DNA of 62,087 nt, the filler included, from Squatina squatina (taxonomy: Eukaryota): assembly GCA_031763465.1 (NCBI GenBank). It is 4 parts of 4 records of this genome, joined end to end, with 100 filler letters (N's around TTAATTAATTAA, not from the genome) between each part and the next. Parts side by side here need not be neighbours in the genome. Positions count along the whole stretch, not along the records: positions 47,060 to 62,087 come from JARFOE010000203.1; 3 more parts are not named here. The stretch is one strand, 5' to 3'. The stretch's first letter is position 1, and every line of letters begins with the position of its first letter. The position numbers and the translations under genes are program-made. The notes beneath the pieces were generated by a model. The model did not search any database, was not told where the DNA came from, and saw only the letters and a program-made list of their open reading frames with translations. Below, one piece after another: positions 49,069 to 62,087 of the stretch.

Positions 49069-50563
49069 TAAGTTGCCAATTTCCAAAGATTTACTGTTAT
49101 TTCTCAAATAATAACCTTATTTAGTGTAATGGAACCGAAATTGGCATTCATTTAGCATCTGTCATGCTGGAAAGATGCCCGAGAGCAATTAACATATTAG
49201 AATATGAAATGGACACCAATCTGGTGGGAAAAGAATGGCGTTATAAACAGGGTTTGAAAAGAATAGTTGGACTTTTGTAAACTGCTAACACATCATGTTA
49301 TATGTAACATGATAAATTAATTTTTGTTTCCGACAACAACTTGTGTTGCACCTGTAACGTAGTAAAATGTCCCTAGGTGCTTCACAGGAGCGTTATCAAA
49401 CAAAATTTGATAACCTTGGATGAACTACATTTAATAGTTAAAATTCATGGGATTTTTAAAAAAACTAGTAAGCAGTACAGTGTAGTAATTCAAAGTAGTG
49501 TGTGTTGGTTTTATTTTTAAAATACAACTGGGGAAGGGAAATAAATAAGATGCTGTGTAATTGAANNNNNNNNNNNNNNNNNNNNNNNNNNNNNNNNNNN
49601 NNNNNNNNNNNNNNNNNNNNNNNNNNNNNNNNNNNNNNNNNNNNNNNNNNNNNNNNNNNNNNNNNGATTGGTGTTCAGCTCTCCCAACAGTGGGTCATGT
49701 GTGCAGTTGAATCTAAAACGAAGGAAAGGCAGTGAATTGGATTATACGCACCACATTAGGAAAGTAATTTTAAAATGTTTTGCCCTTGATGTGCTCGAAT
49801 TCCATTTACCTGTGATGCAAATTTGAGGTTCCACAAGTTAAAAGTTGTCACTGCAGTGTTTTGCCTGAAAATTAGTAGCACCTTTCTAGCTGATGTGGTT
49901 TGTAGGATTCCTACAGTGCAAATTAGATGCAGCTGGGCTACAGTGACATCTACAGTAATTACCAGATATTCTCAGAAAAGGTATCAGTATTGACATTAGT
50001 AATCTGCTTTAATACCCAGATTTTTAATAACCCTGTTTTCACTAGGCTTATTTAGCTGAATGGGAACAGTACATTTCCAAATGCTCTTTTAACGTTGTGA
50101 GATATTCCTCTAATACCTCAAATTCTCCAGCAAATGATAGATTTATATGTTTTTCTGCTCCACTGTGTGTTCTGGACCCAAGTGCCTCTGCCTCTCTCCT
50201 CATCTCGTAACTGCTTCACCCTTATGTTCTTCTCCATCTCCTGTCTCTCTCTGTCGCCTTTGCTCTGTCCCAATTTTCCAGCCCCAGCACTATTCCTTTT
50301 CTCTCTTTTATCTTAGGCTTTTATTCCCTAATGGACTGGCTCACAGCCTCCTGCAGCCTTAATTTACCCCTTATTCACCGCATCTACCAATGCACATGCC
50401 ATTCCCTCATTGCATAACACCTAATCCCACCTGCATGGCGTGAACAGGCCTCTGCCATAAACTGATTTTCTTGGGTATGAATTAGTGAAAATTTGCTGGT
50501 AACAAATTTTGCAACGAACTAACAGAGGATATGACATGCTTATTATATTTTCTACTTTTTCAG

Positions 50564-50746
50564 GTTTGGAATGTATATACCTTTCTTTCGCCTGAATTAT
50601 GATCCAAAGAAGTCAAATCTCCCATCATCTGTGGCAAACATAGGCCCCAATGAGACAGGAACAGCTGTTGGAAAAAGTAAAGACTATTTAACAGTTTTAA
50701 AGGAAACTTGGAAACATCATACAAGCCAGATGTACAGCATAAACAC
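50564..50746 (+). CDS. TMEM39B: TMEM39B internal exon (3' end lost in gap)
   Basis: CAG acceptor, FGMYIPFFRLNYD...KDYLTVLKETWKHHTSQMY; runs into an N gap. Confidence 0.88.
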
Positions 50747-51929
50747 NNNNNNNNNNNNNNNNNNNNNNNNNNNNNNNNNNNNNNNNNNNNNNNNNNNNNN
50801 NNNNNNNNNNNNNNNNNNNNNNNNNNNNNNNNNNNNNNNNNNNNNNCAAAGGCATGTGCGAGGTTTTCATAACACCACTCCCTGACATAAAATGGATTTT
50901 AGAACAGGCAAATGAGGTGTGATCCATAGATGAAGCTTGCAGAGTGATAACAATGGGGGTGATTCAGTGGCAGCCTTCGCTTAAAGACTTAACGTTGGCA
51001 CTTTATGAAATTGACCGCAATGGATACCATTGGACTGGGAGTGGAGATGTCAGGTAAGGGGGGAGGGTGTGGAACAGAGATCTTGTGGACACGAGCAGGG
51101 AGTGAGCACTAAAATGCTTGAGAGAATAATAATGGCCCTGGACCATCTGCGAGAGTACAGTTGGGAAGAGGTGGGACAAAATAGCAGCAGCCAATAGTGA
51201 TGGAAAGAAGTCCAGTGAGATTCAGCTCCCTTCCCCAAGGATCATGTGGCTGGGACAAGTCAGTCCGATTGCCGGAAGAATCCTAAGCATAGTGATTCTC
51301 ACAGATCAGTTGTCAATCGAAGGCCGTATATGATTGGGTCAATCTAATAATATATTGATCAGGAATACCTTTTTTTGCCTTTTGTGGATTGTTTAAGTGT
51401 GTTCCACAGGACCTTGTTGGACACGTATAAAGTTTTAAATCCATCTTTTCATTATTTGCATGTATCTAAATTGCTAATGTAAACATATCTTGGTGCTCTG
51501 ATTGAGGATTTATCCACCAATGCACAACAGCCATTTACAAACCTGCAAACCCATGAAATTCGATACAAAGGACAAGTCTGTAAGTAATAAGTATTGGCAC
51601 AAAAACAGGACAGAGTTGCCTGAGCTTTGTGGACCAGATTACCTGGGTGTGGGAGCTGCATGTGGTGCACAGGCTGTAATTTGGACACTTCTGGTATAGA
51701 TACTCTCTCTCCAAATCAATTTCCAAGTAATTGCCTCGTGTGTAAATGTTTCTGAATTCCAGCTTTATTCCTCACTCTCAACATATGTAATGGGTATTAG
51801 TACACCATGTTTAACCCAGACATTTGCATGCAAGAAGGATTTTGCTACAGGTGGAAGGATCAGTTCTTTTTTTATTTGTTTCTCCTGTATTTGTATTATA
51901 TATATGTTAAAATACTCTTGTGCTTTTAA

Positions 51930-52121
<192 letters not shown>

Positions 52122-52636
52122 TAAGTAACTTTTTTCATATCTATGCACTTTATATTATTTTGATTGTTTTTGCTATTAGATATGAAGTGCTGCATTTCAC
52201 TCGGTCTTGGGAGGTTTCTTTTGAAGGAATGTTGACTCGGCCATACCTTGCTTTTTGCATTAAGAGTTATAAGATCTTCGTTGTTGATAGGGTGAACAAA
52301 GACTACATTTGCGCTGAGTACTTATGGCCATGAACTCAAATCCTTACCAACTTATTTAACACGATAAATTATTTTTGACATGCCTATATGAAAATCCATT
52401 TCAATGGGAAAGAACAAATGAATTCTTGCCTTATTAGCTTTAAAGTGAACCTTTCTGTAATTTTGTACATGAAATAGGAGCAGTTCAGTAAAAAAGTATA
52501 TTTCAAGAATTTTGGAGAGGGTCGGAATTCAATAACAAAACTATTTTGCAGCCATTGAAACTGAATGCTATGAGCTTTTGCGCAAAGTCGTCACAGGGAC
52601 ACTGAAATCGATCAGTAATGAAACTGGTCACTATAG

Positions 52637-52861
<225 letters not shown>

Positions 52862-53754
52862 TAAAAATAAAAATTATATTAATTAAATAGTTGAAGAATT
52901 CTTAATGTTTATTTTGTTTGTTTCAAATGTGGAATATTGGTGACATTGGAATAAGTGGCTTGGAGAGTTGCTGAAGCTGATTCTGNNNNNNNNNNNNNNN
53001 NNNNNNNNNNNNNNNNNNNNNNNNNNNNNNNNNNNNNNNNNNNNNNNNNNNNNNNNNNNNNNNNNNNNNNNNNNNNNNNNNNNNNGGGATGAACAATATA
53101 CAGTTAATCTTCCACATTTGCCATATGGTAGCCAATTTTAAGATATTGTTCTCTCTTGTAATTACGTTGTCTCAAAGTCGTGGCTTATAATCGTTCACGT
53201 GAAGATGTGACTTGCGCATCAAAATTTATGGTAGCTTGGAAGATCTCTGAAGGATCATGGTTAATGTCTGTCTCCATGATAAGTTCAGTGTAGTAACTTT
53301 TGTCCAAGCCAACGCCTTTGGTGTTATCAATGCTTATTATTTAAACACATTGTTTTTAAACCATCAAAGGTCAAAATTAAAGAAAGTCAAAATTGATTCT
53401 TTGGAATGTGTCTTTATGTAAAAAGCAGTTATTTGTTGCTGCTGATCTTATTGGTGGTGTTGCATGTTGCAGCAACCCTTGCAGAGACTGCAGGCTGGCT
53501 GCCTATGGCAGTGTTGCTACAAAATGTACGGGATGGAATGTTCCCTTCAATTTTTTTTGTGCACAGCCCCTGAGCAGTTTTTCCCATTTATAAGCCAGTG
53601 AGCTGGCAAACATCGATGGGATGACTTGCTAATTTTGCTGTTAGTAAATAAAGCACACCAATAGCAAAAGTGATTCAAATCACAATTTTTAATTGAGTAA
53701 GTAAAGATGACTGTATATAATTTATGCTAGCTTCAGACAAGTTCTGATATTTGA

Positions 53755-54006
<252 letters not shown>

Positions 54007-55330
54007 ACTATTTTCTCTTCTCTTCCCCCCCACCCCCGCAGTATCTGTTAAAATGATCAGAGCTTTGTATTTTTGTTACAATTGCTTTTTTTCATGTAAC
54101 TTTCATTAAAATATTTTTATATCTCTGGAACAGAGCTATTATTGTTAATTGCCACTGACTTTATTTTTGTATGATCACTTTTCATTGTTGACATTAAATC
54201 TCGATAAACACAAACCAAAAAAATGAAATGCACGCTTTTGAAACTGCACAGGTCAGAACTTCTATGACTGAATAAGAGTAGTGCATGGGTCTGCTTCATC
54301 TATACATTTAGCCAGGCTGAACTGTTAAGAACTTCATTACAATCTTTAACAGAATTTAGCCACAACTAGATTATTAATACAATAATTATTCAAATGAGCT
54401 CACCCTGTAAAATCACAAACAGATCAAATATGTGTTTGGTTGAAATTGGTTTTGTAGGTCAGTACAAGTTGGTTAGAAAACTACCCTTTTATCTTGGGTT
54501 AAAGCTAGCCCTGCACAAACTGGTAATGTATGAAGCCCAGGTCAAATAAGCTTACGTCAACCTTAATCCAGTTGCAAATAGATATGACTCCAGAGCACAA
54601 AACATTTCAGTATTAGAAACCAACTGATATAAATAACAATGGTGAATTTCACCGTATCCTTGCAATTAGAGCTAACAAAATAAATAAATTTCACTTAATA
54701 GAAAAATTAGTGTTAATAACAAGAATAAAACAATTTTCGAAATATAAATCAATCCAAATATCTATACTCATATACAAGTCAGTCTAAATGTGTAACTCAA
54801 TGATGACTTGACCACACTCCAGAAGCACTTTGGGAAATCAGAGCACACTGGATACAGCTTTATATAAACGCTAAGTGTTTGATCATATTCCCTGCACATA
54901 ATCAGCGCATTCCCTCAGTGCTGGGTTTGCCTAGTGAGCACAGCTCCTTGAATGGCAGGGACACAAAGTGGAATTGTTTGCCCAACGTTTCTGCCACAAT
55001 ATCNNNNNNNNNNNNNNNNNNNNNNNNNNNNNNNNNNNNNNNNNNNNNNNNNNNNNNNNNNNNNNNNNNNNNNNNNNNNNNNNNNNNNNNNNNNNNNNNN
55101 NNNGCGCCCTGGGATGTCTTACTATGTTAAAGGTGCTATATAAATGCAGTTTGTTTTTGAGTTGCCACTATTTTCACTGCAGTGTATTCTAGTTATTTTT
55201 CCAGCAAATTATGGTGTGAATTCGCCACTGGAGGATTGGGAAGCACAACAATGACATTCTAACTTGTGTTTGTCACCAATATTGCATTGTGTTGCGTTTC
55301 ACGGTTTAAATATGATCTTTTTATCCATAG

Positions 55331-55464
55331 AAAGCACGGCTAGTCCAGCAAAAGAAAACTATAGAATGAATCGTTACAAGAACAAAGCATTAAATCCGGA
55401 GGAGATGCGTAGAAGAAGGGAGGAAGAAGGGATTCAGCTACGGAAACAAAAGCGAGAGCAGCAG
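55331..55464 (+). CDS. KPNA6: Importin alpha-7 exon 2 (IBB domain)
   Basis: [44 protein letters not shown]; downstream of TMEM39B as in human. Confidence 0.92.
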
Positions 55465-56470
55465 GTACACCACTACAATTAGTTTGGGTCACTTTATTTA
55501 CAATTTTTCCAGGAATATAGCAAACCAAATTGAGCACTGCTGCTGAATTGAGCCCTGGTCAATGCCTCATTAGGCTCAAGTTTGACTTGCTATTTTTGTG
55601 CAATCCCAANNNNNNNNNNNNNNNNNNNNNNNNNNNNNNNNNNNNNNNNNNNNNNNNNNNNNNNNNNNNNNNNNNNNNNNNNNNNNNNNNNNNNNNNNNN
55701 NNNNNNNNNNNNNNNNNNNNNNNNNNNNNNNNNNNNNNNNNNNNNNNNNNNNNNNNNNNNNNNNNNNNNNNNNNNNNNNNNNNNNNNNNNNNNNNNNNNN
55801 NNNNNNNNNNNNNNNNNNNNNNNNNNNNNNNNNNNNNNNNNNNNNNNNNNNNNNNNNNNNNNNNNNNNNNNNNNNNNNNNNNNNNNNNNNNNNNNNNNNN
55901 NNNNNNNNNNNNNNNNNNNNNNNNNNNNNNNNNNNNNNNNNNNNNNNNNNNNNNNNNNNNNNNNNNNNNNNNNNNNNNNNNNNNNNNNNNNNNNNNNNNN
56001 NNNNNNNNNNNNNNNNNNNNNNNNNNNNNNNNNNNNNNNNNNNNNNNNNNNNNNNNNNNNNNNNNNNNNNNNNNNNNNNNNNNNNNNNNNNNNNNNNNNN
56101 NNNNNNNNNNNNNNNNNNNNNNNNNNNNNNNNNNNNNNNNNNNNNNNNNNNNNNNNNNNNNNNNNNNNNNNNNNNNNNNNNNNNNNNNNNNNNNNNNNNN
56201 NNNNNNNNNNNNNNNNNNNNNNNNNNNNNNNNNNNNNNNNNNNNNNNNNNNNNNNNNNNNNNNNNNNNNNNNNNNNNNNNNNNNNNNNNNNNNNNNNNNN
56301 NNNNNNNNNNNNNNNNNNNNNNNNNNNNNNNNNNNNNNNNNNNNNNNNNNNNNNNNNNNNNNNNNNNNNNNNNNNNNNNNNNNNNNNNNNNNNNNNNNNN
56401 NNNNNNNNNNNNNNNNNNNNNNNNNNNNNNNNNNNNNNNNNNNNNNNNNNNNNNNNNNNNNNNNNNNNNN

Positions 56471-56525
56471 TGCCATATTTGAAAGCCCTCTTATGGATTC
56501 ATATGTCAGCTCAACTGCAGCAGGG
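56471..56525 (+). CDS. KPNA6: KPNA6 exon 3 (3' part only)
   Basis: AIFESPLMDSYVSSTAAG with GTAAG donor, following an N gap. Confidence 0.85.
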
Positions 56526-57355
56526 GTAAGAACTGTATGATGTATGACTCCCTGTTAATGAACAATTTCATTAATTGGTATCTTCCTGATAATGTGGTTA
56601 TGGTACTGAATTAAAAGCTTTGAGGTTGCAAATTCATAAGGCAATAAATCTTGTAATTTGTGGACTAGCACAAGAATCCGTGACACTGAAAGCTGCTGGG
56701 TTGTCATTGATAATTTATTAAAACTGTGCCTTTCAAGGAAGGAAGCCTGCCAGTGCAATGTGTGGCCTATGTATGACTAGTTCACACCACTGACCCACTA
56801 CCATCTTCAGGCAACAAGTGATGGGCAGTGTCGCCCACATCCTAAGATTTTTTTTTAAGTTTAAGAATCTAAATAACACTGGTTTTAAAAGCTGCAACTT
56901 GCTACATAAAGGCTTTACTTTTTTTCAATAAAATAGATGGATATGCAAAAGCTGGCATTAAGAAATGGTAGCAATTGTGGTTAAACCATTTTTACATGAA
57001 CTAGGAAGAGTCATAGTAAAAATCATTACACTATGGACAGATCATGGTAAAATACAGAAGCTTGTTGTATTATTTAGCTGCAAATGATTCCTTTTTCTTT
57101 TTTTTAAACTGATGCAGTTGGGTCCAAATAAATTGATAAGGAATAATCATAATTCAAGCATCATGTTTCTTGATCAATTGTTTTATCTCGATTTTCTGTC
57201 GTTGTATATGTTTGCAGTAACGAGCAGGGTACAGGTCCAGACTTGTTCGGCGAACAAGATTTTTATATTTTCTTTCCCGTAAAGCATTAATATCTTGCTA
57301 GATTGTTATGAAAGAAATGGTCTATTTGTATCTTTAATTTGTATTTCCAATTCAG

Positions 57356-57455
57356 GAGGGTGTGATCACAAGGGAAATGGTAGAGATGCTTTTCTCTGAT
57401 GATACTGAGCAGCAGCTAGCTACCACTCAAAAATTTCGAAAATTGCTTTCCAAAG
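57356..57455 (+). CDS. KPNA6: KPNA6 exon 4
   Basis: [33 protein letters not shown]; AG/GT bounded. Confidence 0.94.
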
Positions 57456-57691
57456 GTAATAAAACTTTGTTTCCTTCCGTTTACAGTTAGATGATGTCAA
57501 AAATTTCTAACTGGACAATAGTTTATGTAAAAATACTTTATTTTCTTTAAGGTTGTTAAAGTGGAAATTGGCTGAATTTATCTTGAAGGTGNNNNNNNNN
57601 NNNNNNNNNNNNNNNNNNNNNNNNNNNNNNNNNNNNNNNNNNNNNNNNNNNNNNNNNNNNNNNNNNNNNNNNNNNNNNNNNNNNNNNNNNN

Positions 57692-57815
57692 GAGGGCAGA
57701 GGAAGTACTTCAAGGATGTTCTCAAAGCCTCCCTGAAAAAATGTAACATCCCCACTGACTCATGGAAATCTCTGGCCCAAGACCACCTGAACTGTAGGAG
57801 AAGCATCCACGAAGG
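57692..57815 (+). mobile_element. RTE-clade LINE 3' ORF fragment
   Basis: GQRKYFKDVLKASLKKCNIPTDSWKSLAQD is typical of the RTE/BovB C-terminus. Confidence 0.75.
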
Positions 57816-59093
57816 AGCTCTCGCTCTAGCTCCACCTTCCTTAATATCCACCATTTGACCAAGCTTTTAATCCTAAATTCTCTTCTGGTTCAGGGTCTGA
57901 TTTTCTTTCTTAAGCATATGTGAAAGGCCTTGTAATGTTTGCTATGTTAAAGCACTAAATAGATGCAAATTATTGTTGTTGCTGCTGCCACCCAATTACT
58001 GGGATTGTGCATGTGGATTTGTTCCAGTTTAATAAAGAATGATGCTCTGACTGTCACTCAATGTAGAGGGAGAAAGCCATTTTTGTAACGGTAGACATGA
58101 GAGTTTTCTGGAAGGGTAAACATCCTCTATTTTCATCAGAGCTTAATCACCTGCCCTGAGAAGGAAGCCACTTGCGTTCCTGTGAAGTCTCAAGTCAGAT
58201 GCTAGGAGCTGTGTAACTGGCATGGGTGATATTGGAACCCAGGCACAGTGAGGATCAAGCCAAACACCTGCCTTTCTGTTAGTTATTAAGTGACTATTAT
58301 TTGAAGTCTAAGATTGTGTTGTTTGGCCGACCAGGTGCGAGTCACCTAATGTGAGTCATCTGTCTCCTTGGGCAGTCTATTTACACATTAGTCACCCTCT
58401 TTGTGAAGTACTTAAGTCTATGTTTACTTTCCTCTTCTGAAGAACATGTATCCCTTGACCATAGATTGTGATTTTTGTGAAACAATTTATTGTTCAATTT
58501 ATCCATATTTCTTGGAATCTTGAAAAACACTAAGGTTTCCCCAAGCCACATCTTCCCAATTTACTTAGCCTCCTTAGTCCATTTGGCATACTCCCTGGGG
58601 TAATAGAGACTGGAACTGTACACAATTTTCCAGGTGGGCAACTGGCAGTGCCTGATGCAAACTCATTGTTACTCACTGGGGGCTTCTGTTCTATTCCTCT
58701 AGTTTGCTACCCGACATTTTATCAACTTTACAGCTGTCACACTCTTTGTTGACTGTTTTGATGAGCTATCTACCATTAGCTTCAGATGAAAATAGAATTA
58801 CATATTGAAAAGAGTAGCAGTGTGATCACCAGGTCAGGCCCAAGTTCAGTATAGATTTTGGATTTATCAAATCAATACCTGCTTGTGCATGCTGTATTTG
58901 GCGACCTAGCATACAAGAAAAACCAACATGGATAAGTGTTTTTAAATATACATAAATTCTTTGCCCTTTTTTAAATGGACTCAAGTACAAGGTTGTACAA
59001 AGGTTGCTTGTACAGATCAAATTGGATGTATTCTTAATGACACACATTTAATCCCGACATCTTGTTCTTCCTCAATGAAACCTTTCTTTGCAG

Positions 59094-59176
59094 AGCCAAA
59101 TCCTCCTATTGACGAAGTAATCAACACATCTGGTGTTGTAGAAAGATTTGTGGAATTCTTGAAAAGAAATGAAAAT
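59094..59176 (+). CDS. KPNA6: KPNA6 exon 5, truncated (followed by in-frame TAA; expected CTLQ and donor missing)
   Basis: [28 protein letters not shown], then TAA at 59177-59179. Confidence 0.85.
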
Positions 59177-59783
59177 TAAAGAATGGGTGAATTGGAATTT
59201 TTGGGGGGTGGTGTCCCATCAGTTGCCTCAGTCTATCCACATCCCAGAGAAAGTATAAAATCAGACAGGACACACTCGGTCAGGTTTGACGTGGGTGGTT
59301 TTCAGTTGGCGGAGTTACCCTGACCCCCCCAGAGGAAAGCTGACTTTTTTTTCTCCTTTCCCTGTCAAGTATTTTTCCCAATCTCTCAAGATAATGACAG
59401 ATGAAGAAGGTTATGCTGCCCATCTTAATTCATCCATCTAGAAACACTCTACAATCCTCCCGTTTCAGCATCTAAATTGATTCTTAAATGATCCCAAAGT
59501 ATCCGCCTCTACTCCTCTAGCTGGATGTCCATTCCAAGCTTTGATTGTTCTTTGTTTGTAGAAGTGCTTCTTGATGTCAATCATGAATTGCCTTTAAATT
59601 TACCTTTCCTGAAGGCATTGATTCTTTGCTGGGAACCAGTTCCACGGGCATTGGTTGCCTTCCAGTACCTCACCCTAGTAGCCGTTCTTTGCACATGTAT
59701 ACATCTGGATAGTGAGGAACAGCAGGCTATTCAACCACAGCAAGCATCGCAGCTACCCCCAATACTATCCACAACTGACATCT

Positions 59784-59898
59784 TCACACATGCACGCATG
59801 CATGCACACATGGAGATATACACACATATGCATACACATAAGCACATGCACACATACATACACGTATGCATACGCATGTGGACGCACACATACATCAC
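59784..59898. repeat. Degenerate (CA/TA)n purine-pyrimidine microsatellite
   Basis: CACACATGCACGCATGCATGCACACATGG...CACACATACATACACGTATGCATACGCATG. Confidence 0.8.
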
Positions 59899-60218
59899 AC
59901 TGCCAGATTTTATGCTGACATCAGTGCTCGGAGAGGAGGAAAACTGTCAATACATTGAAATTGAAATAAACACAGAAAGTGCTGGAGATGCACGGCAGGT
60001 CACTTAGCATTGGAAAGAGAAAAGAGAAGTTAGCATTTCCAGTGAAACTCTATATATATGACACTTAAATGTCCTCTGAAACGGCCTAGCAAGTCACTCA
60101 GCTGTATTGGCCAACTAGNNNNNNNNNNNNNNNNNNNNNNNNNNNNNNNNNNNNNNNNNNNNNNNNNNNNNNNNNNNNNNNNNNNNNNNNNNNNNNNNNN
60201 NNNNNNNNNNNNNNNNNN

Positions 60219-60590
60219 TGTCAAACATGATTTCCCTTTCATAAATCCATGTTGACTCTGCCCAATCCTATTATTTTCTAAGTGTCCTGTTATCATATCC
60301 TTTATAATAGATTCTTGCATTTTCCCTACTACTGATGTCGGGCTAATAGGTGTGTAGTTCCCTGTTTTTTTCCCTCCCTCCTTTCTTAAATAGTGGGATT
60401 ACATTTGCTACCCTCCAATCAGCAGGAACCGTTGTAGAATCTGTTGCATCTTGGAAGATGATAACCAATGCATCCACTCTTTCTAAACGCTGGATGTAGA
60501 TCATTGGGTCCTTGGGATTTATCGACTTTCAGTCCCGTTAATTTCTTTAGTACAGTTTTTTTCACTAATACTGATTTCTTTCAGTTCCTC
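60219..60590 (-). mobile_element. CR1-like LINE RT fragment
   Basis: ESIIKDMITGHLENNRIGQSQHGFMKGKSCLT. Confidence 0.85.
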
Positions 60591-61502
60591 ATTCTCGCCA
60601 ACCTCCAAGGTGATGAAACTGTTGCTGCTGTCTGTGCTACTTCACATCTTCCAATCCCCTTGCTTAGACAGCTACACTGTACTGGGTCATAGATTCCTCT
60701 CACATCCATGTAACCTGTAGATATTCAGAATATGATGAAGGGTGGTTTACTGTAATTTGGGTATTGTCCTGCCTTAGATATTTAACATTTTCTGTTCTTA
60801 ATCAGTTGGAATTCAAAGTATTTATCAGCAGTTGTGGATTTAATGTTTTATTAAGGTCTGACTAGCTTTTAAGTTAATTTTTTTTTAAACAAATTGGTCT
60901 CTAAATGCTTTTTTAATTTGATGTGGTACTAGTCTTGCATGATCCACAAGTTGTAGATTTCATTTATTTCAGGAGGAGACTGTTTATTCTTCCCCCTCTC
61001 CTCTGACCTTTTTACAATAAAAGGAAATAGTGTTGCCTCCATTTTTTTTTTAATTGGTTCTCAAAAAAAAGTACATGGATGTAGAGATGGATAGACATGT
61101 GTTGTATATTCACATTTTATGAAGCCATCTTGATTGTACAATGTTTATAGAAATGAGTTGATAAACCAGGTGAAGTGCCTTTTCTTGATTGGGAGATGGG
61201 GATGAAGTGGAAGAGTCAAATGTGCCCCAGTTTGAATATGTAATCAAGAGAATCTCCATTTTTTTTTTTCCATCTTCTGATTGCAATACTGTGCATTGAG
61301 TACACCTTTCTTCACACAACTACAGGTAAGTAACCTGTGTATTTGCTATGCTTTTGCAAATTACTTAATGCATTGTTACAGGCTGGATTGTGGGAGAGAA
61401 GCTGCAATGGAGAAATTCTGTATCAAGGAACTTTTTATTAGCCATGCAGAAGAAAATATAATTCCAATGTTGGTTTACGCACTGACCATTTTTGTTTTCT
61501 AG

Positions 61503-61655
<153 letters not shown>

Positions 61656-62087
61656 TAACTTTACATTTTTTTAAATGGCATTCTTGTCGAAAATAAAAAA
61701 TGTTTCGAATCTCTACACCACAAAGGCCAAGACTTGTTTTTTTTCAGTGCCCATCTTCCTGTCTCATTGGGCGAAGGGTTGCAGGAGGAAATGTGCATTT
61801 TATAAATGCATAAATCCCTGCTCCCGTTGAAGGAATATGTCTAACTGCAAACTCCATCTTGATAGGCACCTTTTCTGCAGATGGATTCCTAGTAGAGCTT
61901 GCATTGATTTTGGTGTGGGTTTTTTCATGGAAATGAAAAATTCACTCACCAACATCCAGCAAACTGATTTTTGCGATATTATTTGAGATCTTAGAATCAT
62001 ACAGTAAGAAGGAGGCCATTTGGCCCATGGTGCCTATGCCAGTTCACTGTCGGACTCCTGACATTCATACTCAAGAAACACCCACTC

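Noticed and set aside
59525-60007. 160-aa His-rich ORF
   Set aside because: Translation of a CA/TA microsatellite and flanking repeat DNA in a KPNA6 intron.

Overview
Vertebrate genomic DNA, most likely a cartilaginous fish (shark), inferred from the CR1/L2/RTE/Harbinger/SINE repeat landscape and the protein sequences. The assembly is fragmented and gap-rich. Artificial N44-TTAATTAATTAA-N44 linkers split the window into four unrelated scaffolds. (A) 1-17320: no recognisable gene, only repeats and non-coding DNA. (B) 17421-31459: TXNDC16(+), PTGER2(-), NID2(+). (C) 31560-46959: TMEM80(-), TMEM216(-), TMEM138(-), ARMC7(-), CYB561A3(+), DDB1(+). (D) 47060-62087: TMEM39B(+), KPNA6(+). Most genes appear only as scattered exons because other exons fall in 100-N gaps; gene names come from recalled homologue sequences, not from a database search. 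The most striking observation is in scaffold C. The TMEM138 stop codon is followed after one nucleotide by a TMEM216-like ATG and a splice donor (AAA TAA G ATG GCG GAG CGA CAA|GT), so two ciliopathy genes appear to share an exon. As assembled, the downstream TMEM216 exons (a 17-nt micro-exon, a U12-type intron and a 94-nt exon) are in frame with TMEM138 across the TAA, not with that ATG. This suggests a bicistronic, overlapping or stop-readthrough arrangement, or a 1-nt assembly error. Also notable: ARMC7 (a minor-spliceosome factor) lies inside this cluster, and a KPNA6 exon breaks off at an in-frame stop.
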